The position numbers were made by a program, and so were the translations under genes. A stretch of DNA of 62,659 nucleotides, the filler included, from Sphacelaria rigidula (lineage: Eukaryota), in the NCBI GenBank assembly GCA_964200075.2. It is 6 parts of 6 records of this genome, joined end to end, with 100 filler letters (N's around TTAATTAATTAA, not from the genome) between each part and the next. Parts side by side here need not be neighbours in the genome. Positions count along the whole stretch, not along the records: positions 10,462 to 20,821 come from CAXNAA020006654.1; positions 20,922 to 31,281 come from CAXNAA020006655.1; 4 more parts are not named here. One strand, written 5' to 3'. Below, piece after piece: positions 13,707 to 26,949 of this stretch (the first letter of the stretch is position 1; every line of letters starts with the position of its first letter). The notes beneath the pieces were generated by a model. It made no database searches. It was not told the DNA's origin and saw only the letters and a list, made by a program, of their open reading frames with translations.

Positions 13707-16700
13707 CCAGTTATCTTGCGTTTGGATGATGATCTCCAATGCGTTGCTTCATTTTCTCGTATCGTCACTTCCAGAGACAGTCATGGGTTACACACTTCCT
13801 CATGGGTGTCTTACCATATAGGGGGGGTTGAGAAGGGGAGGGGGGAAGAACGGCTATGAGAGGCATCATCCAGTTTGTAGCACTTCCTTCGTACAGATTT
13901 CTCCATCACACTATTTTGACCGACTACAAAACCGCGGGCACGTTTCCATTCTCCAGGTGGCTACATAGGTCACTGTTGAGATATCGCGTGCGCGGGCTGT
14001 CTTTTGGATACAGGTACAGTACACACGTATGAGCGCTGCCATCCTGGCTATTTGAGCAACTACAAGACGAAACAAGGCATCCATAGCGATGCTTTTTGTG
14101 AACAGGTTATACGTAGAACCTCCCCGAAACTTCCCGTCAAAGGCACGATGGCAACCCACCCCTTTTCTACAGCCTACAATGTGTTTGTTTTTCCTGCCGG
14201 ATTTTCACGCACGCAACAAGAGCGCGGAGAATCGGCGCCCGTTGAGGAGTGACAAGTACCGCAGCGCATACACCGCAGTGGGTACGGCGTAGTGTAGTCA
14301 GAGGGCAGGTGTCAGTTGGACGGTGTTTGCGCAACATTTTTTCATCAAAAGATAGGGATAAGTAGGTGTGTCGTCACCTGTGGGGCCGCCTCGAAGCATG
14401 CCTCCACAAACTTGACTGTCTTGTACTCTCGGGTCTCTCGCTTCTCCTTCAGACCTTTCCGTGCCTCGGACAGGAGGCGTAGCTGTGTTGTTTATCGGGG
14501 AAAGAGATAAGTCGGAATATGCTGGATCCCGTTTGTCTTCATTTTGATACCTTTTTCGCTGCGGGCACGATCGATATCGCGGGGTGAATTGGTTTCGTGA
14601 CGGATTTGCTTACATCGGCAGAAAAGTTGAGATGCATGAGAAGGGATGAAGAGATTGATGTTGGATACAAATGCACCCTCCAACATTTGTGTACTCGATA
14701 CGGTAATGAAAACCCCACGATGAGTGAACCTTTCCCGATTACAGCCGGTTCAACGTATCGCAATTCCGGGAAGCTTCTGGGAAGGCCCTCGCGGTACCCA
14801 AGCTGCAGAGTGCACGACACGTCATTTGCTTTGGTGCCGACGATTCTGCGCGCGAAATAAACTCTTGACATACAGCCTTGGTCATTGCTCAGTGCCCCCG
14901 TTGGGGAAGAGATCCAAGATAGACGTGTCGACTACGTGCACTGACTTGTTTGCGTCAAGCATTTCTAGGACATTTTTCGGGAAAACGCCATTTTTCGGGA
15001 AAACGCTTGCGCGTGATGCGTGGAGAGATCGCCGTTTCGAGACCGACCACAATGACGAATATACACGCGATACACGTTACTGCGTTCAAACTACAAGCCC
15101 GCCGCGCGCGCGCAGCTGCTGTCACAATGCACCTGCAATATGGACAGGAAAATATCTCTATTTCTCCCACGTCCTCCAGCTGCAATCGTGCCGGTGACTA
15201 TAGCGCACGTAGGCACGATGATGAAGATCAAAGCCAAGGAAAACGACAGTATGTCATTCCCTGCAGGCGTGCCGGGTGTATATTTTGCGACGATAGTGAC
15301 GCCAGGAAAAAAGACGGCAAGACAGACGGGACGGAAGGAAAAAACGTGAAACCTCGGTGTGCGCTGCCCTGCAACATGTGAAAACAGCGGAGCCGTTGTT
15401 CACACCGGTCAGGCTGTCAACGCATGCGAGGTTTGGGTTATGTTGAAGGGTGGAGAGCCGTCTATTGTTTCATAGCCTGCAAGGAGTGCGGCGAGAAAGA
15501 GCGCTTCATGGCTGTACTACTACAAAAACGGCGAGTCGTATCACCTTGAAAGAACGTGACCGCGGCTCCGATGTCGGTGCCTATATCCAAATAACCCGAA
15601 AAAAGCGAAAGCCATAGCAGCCCTCGATCAGCCCGACTGCGGAGGGGTCGTCTCAGAAGCAGAAGAGCCTTCGACACGACGAGGCGTGAAGGGCATGCAA
15701 GCGAGGGTGATCACCGTGATGTCCGAAGGGGAGACGATGTTGGGGGTGGAGAAACATAAACGGAAAAGACGCTGGGAAGGGAGAATTGTAGGGATATATT
15801 GTAGTGCACATTACTGTATAAACATTGATTCAAAACCGTCGTGGTACGCAAATATTTGTTCATAGCAAAACATAGGACGGCTCAAGTAGTTGGAAAGAGC
15901 ACTGATACCCACGCATCAAATTTTCGTCGACGTAGTATCGCGTGTCTAACCTGGCAGTAGTATCTACCTGGGTTGTGAAAATCGCTCACGGTCCCTACTT
16001 TCGCCTTCCCTACCATGCCCCCACAAACGCCTGACCGCAGCGATAGGAGGGTTGCCCCCCCCCTGCGGTCACGAGGGATGAAGATCTCCTCGGTTCACGC
16101 AACATTACGCCCACTTACAAGACGTTATATAGAAGAAATCTACACCCTCTGGTCCTCAGTCATATTCCTCACGTGCGTAGTGGGTGCGTTGTCATCAATC
16201 TTGACAACGAACCTTGATTGTATCCCAGCTGGAGTCACATATGTTGCGCTTAAGCCACGTGTCGACGAAGCACGGGGAAACCCCTGCCGCTTGATTTTTT
16301 TCTAACGCTTTTCCTAGTTTATATAGCAAACGTTTTACCGACAGTCCAGATACCAATTGTAAATCCACCGCACCAACTACTTCTAGGCCCTACAGCCCCC
16401 CAGAAAGTAGAGGAAAAAAAAAAGCCCACAGGTGAAGGACATGTTGGAGGATAGTCGTGATCGCACTGGCTGGCGATGTGGGCGAGCGGAGATACCGCCG
16501 GACACCAGTAGATGAGAATTTGATCCTTGCTGAGAATAGAGCAGTGATCAACGAGCTCCTAGAAGGAAGCAACGAAGGGGTTAACCGCAAAGTTGACTGC
16601 TCTTGTCAACGGCCGAAAATTCTTTTTTGGTGTCTCAGCCGTATCCCCGGGTAGTCAAAACATTTGTTTTCCCGACCATCTCTCCTACTCACGTGCATCT

Positions 16701-17301
16701 ATGCAGATACACCCCGGCCTCTGCCGTTCAGAAATCATCCCCAAATTCGCCCAACCCACGTGCATGGCTCCTACTGCGAATGTCCCACACATGGCTTCCG
16801 CAGTGGATCAGCGGGGTGTAGTATTTGCGGTTTCGTAAAAGATGTTGGCAGACGACCCATTTGCCTGGGCTACCGGGAGAACAATTGCGGTTACAGTCCT
16901 CACGATCGAAGTACCAGCAATAAAAACGAAACCATCATCAAGTATGAGTTGCGGTCAGATGTAAGTCATGCTCTGTGTCTCCCTCGCCACGAAACTCTAC
17001 CTGGAAAGCTTGGGACGGAGTAGAGTGCGAGGCAAACCACAACAACGTAGTGGAGGTACACGCTTGGGACCCCAATCTCACAGCCGAGGCTTGAAGGCAA
17101 GATCAACGGCGCAATGTTGAAGGAAGAAGCATGAAAAGGATGTTCCCAGTTGAAGTACACGTTGCATTATTTCCCCAAGATGTCGACAGTGATGAGGAAC
17201 AAGCACGGAGTGATACTGATCGGGCTAAGGACGGGGCTACCCGTGCAATACACCACTCCTGAAGTCATAATGCTCCCCGATATAGTATGCGGTAACTCGA
17301 C

Positions 17302-17659
17302 TGTGTGTGTGTTGTCGTCCCATCTATCCTGGGCGCCGGTCTACTCCTTTCGGCATATGTGGGCGCACCAGCCGGGGTCACACAGGAGGAAGGTCAACTC
17401 AGGGGCTTTTTATTTTTTATTTGTTTCTAGTACCCCACCTTCCTTCTGCGGTGCTTGCCTTTATCTTTATCGCGAGAGGGATTTGGCAATCCCTTTCCCT
17501 CGTCGACCGTTACGTCGAATTTTGTGTACTGACGACATTGTCGCTCTCCACTGTTGGGCATTGTGTGAGAAAAAATCCCGAATCGCTTCGAGAATCGAAC
17601 TCACGACCCAACCATCCGAAGGTTTCGAGGTTAACAACTGAGCCACTGGGGCGACCGGC
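17302..17659 (-). mobile_element. SINE family A copy
   Basis: Colinear reverse-complement match to 57930-58273, including A/B boxes and the CA tail. Confidence 0.85.
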
Positions 17660-17888
17660 TTCTGAAGAAGCACTACTTCCATTTTTCGCACTGCATTTGG
17701 CCCGGCTCGAACCATAAAGTGTTTTATACCGGAGCTCCTCGGATATACTTGTTGAAACTATGGTGAGACTTACCCAGATCTGATTATTGTGTCTGCGGCC
17801 TGGCCGACCCCAGCTCTGTCGCTACTTTGGTACTGCCTCCCACTTTGATATACTGACAACCCACTTTTCTTGAACCTCGATGCCATCA

Positions 17889-20777
17889 TCAAACCCGCCG
17901 CTTTCCGATGACTATAACACTCACGGTGTCGACATCGGCAATCCGGTTTCCAGGCATGATATAATCTTGCACCCTCCGCACGCCCAACCGCGATACCAAT
18001 CCTTCAGGCATCGACCCCCGTAGCTGGTTGTGCGATAAGAAAAGAAGCTTTAGAGACTTCATCTTGCCCACGCCGAGAGGTATTCGGCCTTGATGACGCC
18101 GGACGCGGAAAAGTCAGACACACGAAGAGGGACGTGCAGTGACACCAGTAGCTATTAGAGTTGAGGGCGACACGTTCGCTTCTGCCCGCCACAAGATGAA
18201 ACGTGAGCTTTCACAAAACAAACACCCGTGTATGCGGCTAGATATGTCAACAGTTTGATCGAATGTTTGGTACGGATGACGTGGCAGCGACTGCACAGCA
18301 CCACCCGATTTCGTTGTGTTGGAGGTCTTTCGCAAGACTGTCGTTACGACGTCTATGCGTATCTTCGGATACGTTTTCTGGGACACCAATAAGCCTTCGG
18401 TGTGCTGACACGCGTGTCCCAAATGCACCCAAGAACATCCAGCTTGAGTTTCACGCAGATGTTCTTTTCAGCTGGATTTTTATGCGTCAGGCCAAAATAC
18501 AAAAGCTCACCCGTCAGAGCGTTATGGTCTAGACGCAATTCCCCCAAGGCCTTCATGCCAGATACTCCAGGGGGTATTGGACCAGTAAATCGGTTGTGGT
18601 CGAGTCCAAGGGTAACAAGTGCCGACAGGTTCGCAATCTGTTTCAGTAGCACAGGGTGCAGAAAAGAGAGGGTTCTACAGGAGAGTAACGTCGTGGGGGA
18701 TTGAGGCGTGGTCATCAGGGGTAGAGATGATGCAAGAAAAAGCGTGTTTGAATGCCACTACCTGATTGTTGTCCCTACGCGTGTTAGCCGGCGGAGCTCA
18801 TCGTACTATGAGAACACTAAAAGTGTGGAAGGGACGGCATGGACGTCCGTCACAATGAAATCACGATGAAGTTGTGCGTGGCAACAAGCTCACACTTTCA
18901 TATGGCGTCGCAAGGCACTGGGACTTTGCGTAAGATAGCCCTGGACTACAGCAGATTACTGTTTTGCCGGTGGGAAAGGCTAGCTCGGTATCCTTTGTTC
19001 GCTTTTAACCGCCGTCCTTACAGTGATACTGGTCTACAGCCGGTGGTAACCCTGCAAGCAAGCACTCGGTCAAGATATATGAGACACGCAGTACCAAGTG
19101 GCCAAAGGCTCAGTTATCAATGCAGCGCGCGTGGTAGCACAGCTGAAGTCAGAAAACTCGTACCTCCGCTGGGAGTGCGCCTGTCAGTGTGTTGAACGAG
19201 AGCTGAAGGGTAGTGAGCGCGCCCATGCTGCAAACCTCGGGGGGCAAAACTCCGCTGAGTCGGTTCGAGCTTAGATTAAGCTCGACTAATCTACTGAGGT
19301 TCGAGAGAGGAGGACGTATTGGCCCCGACAGGATGTTTTCGCTGGCATTCAACCACTCGAGGTTGACAAGGTCCCACAGGCCGCCTGGAATTGGCCCTGG
19401 ACGGTGATGGTATTTGTACAGGGTGAGGTGAAAACAGACGGGCGGATGACACAGATAGCAGTGCTGAGGCGCTGGTGGATAGATCTGAGATCGGTTATGA
19501 GCCCATTCATCACATTATACGCCATCGAAGTCGCCATCGGGCCCTCAGGTTTTATGGCATTAAGCAGGCATGCGTGTATCACTGATGAAGCAACCTTGAC
19601 CTAGTCGTACTTTAGGCTCAGTACATGAGGCTACCGTACAGCTTAATACCGGTCAACCGTTGAACGACGTTGAATAAGACTGTATATACGCACGACACGG
19701 TCGTAGTAGTAATGTATGAACCGCACCTGTTAGATAATTACGACCGACGTGCAGATATCTCATCATCACAAGGCCCCCTAGGTCTCCCGGCAACCTTCCA
19801 GCAAGCCCGTTGTCCGCCAGCTTAAGCGCCGTCACCCTGTAGTCGGCGCCGAGAGACACCCCATACCATTCTCCACCTTGGGTATCGGCCTTGCTCTTTT
19901 CGCCACCGCCCTCCACTCGACGTCTTTCAATATCGGCCGCGAGAACACATGTTGTCTGGTTCAGTAAAGCCAGGTCGGTGAGATCATGCGCCGTGTCGTG
20001 ATCTTTTTTTCCGGTTGGGACAGGGCTACAGATAGCAGTAGTGGTGACTCTTTCTGGCGGTGTGTTCGCCGTCGGCGTTGCATCCGACGAGGACCCTGCC
20101 TCGCACCTCATCTTCCCGCCATCGCGTAGAATTGAAGAGGCTTCCGACGTTTGCAACACTTGTAGCTCGGATGTGCCATTCGTGAATGGGTTTAGGGACG
20201 GCTGTGTGGCTGTAACCTCCACTGCTGCTGCTTGGCGTGGGGATGGATTATTGAACGGATTGTTGGGCGTCAGACGACACGGCAGACTTTCCCCGAGTGC
20301 TGGTGCGACTGATTTTGCTGCTGCTCCTCCTGGTGGCGCTTGGACTTTTTTTGGCGTTGCTATTACCGCCAAATCATCGACAGCACATGGGTTGCGACGT
20401 GCGAGCTGATCGCCATCGACATCCGTTGTTCTAGCAGTTACTGCTGCTGATGCTGATGGGGAAATCCTGATAAACGTGCCCGACGATCCACCCTTGTTAT
20501 AGGTTTTCACACAAGCAGGAGGGAGTCGTCTTCCATCCTCTGACATATTTCCCCCTTTCTGCAATGACGGCCAGCCTCGAGATGTCCGCCACCCCTGTCC
20601 TCCTCCATGGGTACTGCGGTACAGACTGATGAGGCATTCGCGATCTTGAGCACATGGCTGGAACTCACTGCTGTCCCTTTTTCGTGGTAAAGATGGGCGT
20701 CTCTGTTGAGGGGAGCCCGTGGGGACCAACGGTGTAGAGCGGGTCGGTGGGCTCTTCCGGGCTTTGTGGCCTGACAT
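17889..20777 (-). CDS. Spliced leucine-rich repeat protein (plant/algal-type 24-aa LRRs with N-cap)
   Basis: Exons 20777-19727, 19396-19164, 18637-18511 and 18088-(~17997 or read-through to stop at 17889) have GT/AG boundaries and compatible phases. The product has an N-cap (DRECLISLYRSTHGGGQGWRTSRGW...EWYGV...RVTALKL) and repeated LxLxxNxLxGxIP units (LNLSSNRLSGVLP, LGLDHNRFTGPIP, LFLSHNQLRGSMP). The 3' end is uncertain. Confidence 0.88.
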
Positions 20778-20821
20778 TAGAGTCTCGGGGGCCCGTGGTC
20801 ATAGTGCTGTACGTCATGACC

Positions 20822-20921
20822 NNNNNNNNNNNNNNNNNNNNNNNNNNNNNNNNNNNNNNNNNNNNTTAATTAATTAANNNNNNNNNNNNNNNNNNNNNNN
20901 NNNNNNNNNNNNNNNNNNNNN
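20822..20921. other. Artificial contig-join spacer
   Basis: Same N44-TTAATTAATTAA-N44 pattern. Confidence 0.97.
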
Positions 20922-21424
20922 TCGTGTTTTGGATGAGATAAAGGGCTCCTAACATTTCCAACCTCAGAAAATATTTGTGTACCCCTACCGTAGCATCACT
21001 CCTCACTTAAAGCGAATGATCAAAGCCACTCTCAATCGTATCATTTACTCTCAATCTCACGAAAACACTGTTTATCCTACATGGTTACCACGATACTACT
21101 TCCCGGCTGGATGGGAGGGATGGGAAAACGAAATGACCTGCTGCGTTGCTTGACGATATTGTTGAATAAATGCCGTACTGTACTATTGTTACTGTACTAC
21201 TCCTTTTCCCGATTACGCTGAATCCGATTCTTGCTTCGCTGTAATCCGGCAGCTTAACCCGTTGCACTATGTAACGATTCGTACCGATACACGAACCGCA
21301 GATCCCGCTACGCTCTGACCCTTCACTTTCACAATTCCCGGTAGTTTGAGGCAAATAACTTGTCGCCGCCTACGTTTACAGCACCCTGCCCTACAGTACA
21401 ACAAAAGAAATATGATCGGTGTTA

Positions 21425-21812
21425 GACCCACTTTTATGGCAACGAATCCCGATTTTTACAAATATAAAGATTTCAGCCCATCTACAACAGGCGATTTTCT
21501 CCCGTTAATGGATTTTTCGTACCCCAGTCCGTTGGGCAATGCTTTTCGGCTAGCTGTGAGCAAACCAGATCAATTGTCCGATTTTCTGGGCGTTGACTTT
21601 CGATACATCACCGTTTTTCTGCTGAAATCGGGACACTCCCGCATCTCCTCCGCATCTTCCCCGATTTTTCAGAAAAATCGGGGGAGATGCGGGAGTGTTC
21701 CGATTTGGCCAGAAATGTGATAAACCAAAAGTCAACGTCCATAAAATCGGAGAAATGATGTGGTTTGCTCACAGCTAGCCGAAAAACATCATTCAACGGA
21801 CCCCAGTACGTT
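21425..21812. mobile_element. Foldback MITE family F copy, right arm truncated or diverged
   Basis: TTA|GACCCACTTTTATGGCAAC start; colinear with 32893-33383. Confidence 0.75.
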
Positions 21813-22362
21813 GGGCAAAGTTTTTCATACTGCTTTACACCGCTTTTACCCAAATACACGCGCACCGCGCGTTGCGTGTTGTAGGTCATTCAATGCATCC
21901 ATGAGCACATTTTTTCGTGAAATCGACCCCCCCCCTCCCTCACATCGTAGCATGGCTTTTCCTATATATCTATACATATACCATGCCTATAGTGATCGGT
22001 GGGTCTGTATCCGGTCGAGAATGCCATCCTTGTTGGATATTACGAGCATAATCGAGCATAAATTCCACTTCACGAGCATTATTTTTGGTGATACTAGAGA
22101 CTTTCGGAAAAGCCTTTTTTGTCCTTTCAGAGTGCAAATATCTCAGGATCAGAGTGTAACGAAAAATTATTTCCCCCTCCGTCAAATGTGGTATCGCCTT
22201 GACTTCCTTTCGGTGAGTTTTTTTTTTTATTATTCTGCAGTCTGCTCCTGAGATATTTGCACTCTGAAATGAAAAAAAGCGTTTTCCGACACTCTCCATT
22301 TCTAGCAAAAAAAAAAACTACTTAGCATAACAAGTAGAAGCCTATTTGTGAGATAGGAGTCC

Positions 22363-22538
22363 AGTGCCGCTTCGTGCCTTTCGACCGCATGTTATTAATC
22401 TCAAACGGTTGTTTTATACCTCGTTGTATTCTTCTCCGTGCGCCTTCAAGGAACGTAAATGCGGTGGGCCTATGAGATCGGCAAAAACAAAATCGACCGC
22501 ATTTTCCGATCGAAAAAATAAGTACCAAGACACGCCCT
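22363..22538. repeat. Family-E-related dispersed repeat (second copy ~38843-39018)
   Basis: Both copies start GTGCC(G/C)CTTCGTGCCTTTCGACCGCATG and end ACAC(G/A)CCCTCAGAG. Confidence 0.55.
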
Positions 22539-23780
22539 CAGAGCCCCAAAGAGTCGATGGATCAAAGATGCTTGGCCCTAAAGAGGCAACGGAGCTAGAC
22601 AAGGTGCAGCGAAGGTCTTCTGCAGATGGCCTTCTGCAATTCTGCAGTCCTATTCTGACCGACCGGACGAATCCTTCGTTTTTGACTGGCCGGGTAGATA
22701 TTTCACTAAATCGCACTTCCTGAATCCAACCACCCTGGGATTGATTCGGCTACGTAGCTCTCTTTCATCGTCGAACTCTCCGAAATGCCAGCTAACCTTC
22801 ACCAGGTGAAGCTGGCGGAAGCGCGCGACTTCGTCATGCCAGACGGCGGTTTAACCAGAAGCGGTGATCAAATGGGCGACACGGCGAGCATGTTCGAAGC
22901 CATTTGCCAAAGACGCAAGCCCCATGTGCCAGCGAACTGGCCGGATATGCGCCAGCAACCTTCAACTGGTTTTGCTTACGGGAGAATCTATAGGGAACTC
23001 GCGTGGAGACGCCACGTTACTTGCTCCGTAGACGACCACAGCCTGCGGACGATAACGCCCAAGCAATCTGCAGCTTTGCGTGACCCAGCTATCTTCATGG
23101 TTCCTCGCGGAAATAGTAGAACTCTGCAGGCCGCCGTGGTTGATTCATTTTTGGGAGGTACTTGTCTTGACTTTTCTTACCCCGGGGCGGGTTTGTCCTT
23201 CATGCGGGATCATCTCATTGGACACGTGTTTTTGGAATTTCCTGCCTTTCTCGGCTATCAACGCCCCCGACCGCCTATTTATTTCGTCGAGTGCTGCTGC
23301 CGTCGACGCAGTCGTTGGCGTTCCCCCCGACGCGTCCGAGACTCTCTCCTCAGGCGTAGAGTACGCGTTGATCTCGGTTGTATAACTCATCTGGGTGGGC
23401 GTCCACCACGTCACACAGTTCCGTTTGCATTGGAAATGGCTCAAGCACGATTGCACTACTGGGGGTGGCACTAGCGCGTTTGCCTCGTTCGATGTCCACT
23501 GGCATTCCGGGAGACACGTGTTTGACGTGTAAGTCAAAAGGGATCTATAAGTAGTGGCCAGGGATAAATCAGGAGAACCTAGCCTGGTGACATTGATTTC
23601 CATGAAAACTCGAAAAGGGAGCTACTGTCGATAATTCTTGGTTCATCATTGGCACATGTCACCTCTCCAAGCACCAACACACTTAAGCGCCGCTGCAATG
23701 ATAAAACATCCCACCTCCCAAAGACCCTATCCACTTACCATCTCTCCGAACACATACATCTATCGTCATACATTCGCGTC

Positions 23781-23885
23781 CTCTCCTTTCTCGGGACAAA
23801 GCTGCAGTCTCGGAAGGATCAACCCATCCATCTCCTCCCCCGGTGAACATGCCTGGAATTTTGGTATCGCGGATCGGATCATGAT
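23781..23885 (-). mobile_element. SINE family D 3' fragment
   Basis: ATCCGCGATACCAAAATTCCAGGCATG...GGGTTGATCC...TCCCGAGAAAGGAGAG matches the D 3' region. Confidence 0.6.
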
Positions 23886-25357
23886 GCACTACCCCGTTGC
23901 GTCCATTTTCATCCATTTTTCTTTGCTACCCACGCCCTCACCTTCTCAACAACGGATATCAAACGCTCCTGAGAGAAAAAAAGCGCACGATTTTCTACCC
24001 GCTGGGAATCGACGCTCCTACTACTCACCCCCGATCTGGTTGAGACATGTATAAGTCACACCACCTGGGCGGCGTGGCCGTGTACATGTCGCCATGGAGG
24101 GCGGGCAACAGATGCACGGTTAGGACAAATAAAATCGTGATTCAACTCATGTTCGTCATTTCAACGAATAAATCATACGAGTCGTGCATCATTTGTAATT
24201 CATACAGCTTTCGAGCTCTTGTGTCGTGCAGTACACCATCCACGGTACCCGTTTCCTACCTCCAGGTCATAGGGGGTAGACCATGGACACATGTTAAGCC
24301 TCTGTAGAAAAATGCGGAAATGCATCGATTGTACATGCCACCCACACTTATCATGAGGCGTGAATAGCATCTACATCTATGTCATGCGTATGTCTGCGTG
24401 CCGGACGAAGAGTCGGCAAATGGTTGAATCCTGTCATGATGTGGGCCTTGCATCTGTCGTATTTTTCTCCCAATCTGTATGCGGTTGAGATGACTGTACT
24501 GCAAATGTTATTCACCGTCGGGTGCGTGCGGGACAAACACTTGAATACAGGTTGACTCCTGTCATGTTGTGAGGAGTCAGCTCGTATAAATCTTGATTTG
24601 TCCTAACCGTGAACACATGGAAGCAAATAAGCGGACACACCAGTCACCATGAGGTGCAACGGCAAAACCGCGTAGAAGAGACTGGCGCGGTAGCCGCCGA
24701 AACAGTCTACGAGTACTGCTGTCACGATATTTCGCCTATCCACGCTACCTACACAAGGCAAACGCCAACCCTTGCACAGCTGCTATCCGACGCACCACAG
24801 GACAATAGACGTTCGACAGGACGCGGGGGGGAAGGGGGGCGGGGGGAGACTTGAAACTTATGAACTTGAACATACACAGCACCTCTTCTCAAACGGCATG
24901 ATGCGTGATGGACGTGCAACTTTTTACCATGATGTGACACATAAAACTGTATTTTGTATCTTGTACTACAAAAAAAAATCATGACCTCCGCCCCCCGATT
25001 CTCCCGATTGGAATGCGATGGCGTCATCTTTCAGGTTGACTTTCCAATAATTGTACAGCAGCAACACCGAGTCCATTGTCTTGAGCCACACGTGACACAT
25101 GGACAGGTACGCCTCCGTCTCCTGCACGATACGGGACGCCAGGCAACCGCAGGAAGTCGGCATTTGCGGTGAAAACATACGTAATTGTTTGAGCCACCGG
25201 ACTGGACAGGACGGGATATCCCGTCCCGTCCATACGCATACGACAAATTGCTCGTCGTGTTCCTTCATTTTGGGGATACTCGTGGTCATACGTACACGTA
25301 GTAAAAGTTCCTAGAGATGTAGTGGTGGTGGTGGTGGTGGTGGTGGTAGTAGTAGTA

Positions 25358-25880
25358 CTTCCCGTGTCCCATAAGCAAAGGCACCTAAATTTGTACGGGC
25401 GCTTAACGATGTCCAATCGTTTTTTTTTTCCCGAGAACTCTACGGTGTTTTATGGGTCAAGAAAATGTGTTTAAAATTTGCAGCTCGTGCTTGAACCATG
25501 CCGCCGTACGGCTGCAAAAAAAGTAGTCGGCCCCAAAATGGCCGTTTTTTTGCCCCTTTCTGAGGGAAAAAAGTGTTCATTTTTTTTTTTTTAATCGCAT
25601 GGGACTTCCTGGCAGCAAGCCCCAGTGAAGGCGGGGGCGATTGAAAAAAATTGAAAAAATCGACACTTTTTTCCCCCTCGAAAAGGGGCAAAAAACGGCC
25701 ATTTATGGGCCGACTATTTTTTTTGCAGTCATTCGGCGGCATGGTTCAAGCACGAGCTGCAAATTTTAGACATATTTTCTTGACCCCAAAAAAACCGTAG
25801 AGGTCATGGAGAAAAAAAACATCGGACATCGTTAAGGGCCCGTACAAATTTAGGTACCTTTACTTATGGGACAGAGGAAG
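25358..25880. mobile_element. Stowaway-like (Tc1/mariner) foldback MITE
   Basis: TA|CTTCCCGTGTCCCATAAG ... CTTATGGGACAGAGGAAG|TA; arms complementary over ~240 bp; sits in a (TGG/TAG)n microsatellite. Confidence 0.85.
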
Positions 25881-26755
25881 TAGTGGTAGTAGTAGTAGTA
25901 TTTACTAGTAAATCGCTCGTACTTCCTTCTCTGGGTGGTTAAATTTTGTGCGAGATAGAAAACACATCACGGCAGCGATTCGACCAACAAGAGACCAAAA
26001 GAACTCCCACCTAACCACAGTACTCGTGCTTACAATAATAAGCGCAATACCTCCGTTGCCAACTCCGTGGGCAACGTAAAGTAGAACACTGCACTGCACC
26101 CAAACAGTCGTAGGGTGCGGCAATGTGCGCAAAAATAGCGGGACAAGCCAACACACACGGACACACACAAACACACACAGTATGCGAGAAATAATACGGG
26201 ACAGTGAACGTTTATATCCCTTTTCTCCAAAGTCGTTACCTGCATGATGAGAATATCATGGTGACCTTTCTCCCAGGCTGGTATATCACTTTCAGCTACG
26301 TCCTGCGTTGTCGGGTCCCCGCGCAAGAAAAACACATGAGCAAACACACACGGCGCAAACGCATTGTTGACATGGGTGGCAACAAGCAGGGCATGTCCCT
26401 CCAGCAGTACAAGTGCTGTATCCTTTCATCCACCATCCTCCCCTTTTTGAGGGTTGGCGTCGGTTGGTAACGACGCTGTAGAGCACGCCACTCAATGCGT
26501 GAGCTGGGCAGCCAGGTTACCATTTTTTTTCGCTCACGTTTTTTCGGTGATCATGATGACGTGATGCTGGTCGAGCAAGATCATATTCTGCGGGGAGGAG
26601 AACCTGACCTCCGCGCAAGTGATAATTGTTCTACCGAGTGTTTAGATGGTGAGACACCCATCAGGCCGTGTGTAACCCTGGCTATCTCTGGCAGTGGTGA
26701 TACCAGAAAATAAAGCAACTCGTTGTAGGCTGTCATTCTCATGCGAGACAATCCG

Positions 26756-26949
26756 TACGCTTCGGGCCGAAGAATTCTTAGCAAGATGCAGCTTACCCTT
26801 CATGCGCCTCGCCGATCACTTGACGGCGCTTCGCGCTTGGTGATTGGGAACCTGATCCGGTGAAAACCCGACGTGTTCCGTCCCGGATTTGTCGGGATGC
26901 GAGATCGATGATCTTATGACTACGACATGCAAGATCATGAGGACACCCC
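26756..26949 (+). mobile_element. Family B long copy
   Basis: Colinear with 41494-41685. Confidence 0.75.

Noticed and set aside
17005-17060. WDGVECEANHNNVVEV, resembling an LRR N-cap on the plus strand
   Set aside because: No LRR units follow and the frame is interrupted by stops.
17889-19727. 72-nt single-LRR exon-shuffling array like brown algal ROCO/LRR genes
   Set aside because: Exons here are 233 and 127 nt with mixed phases and no uniform modules; no ROC/COR domain seen.
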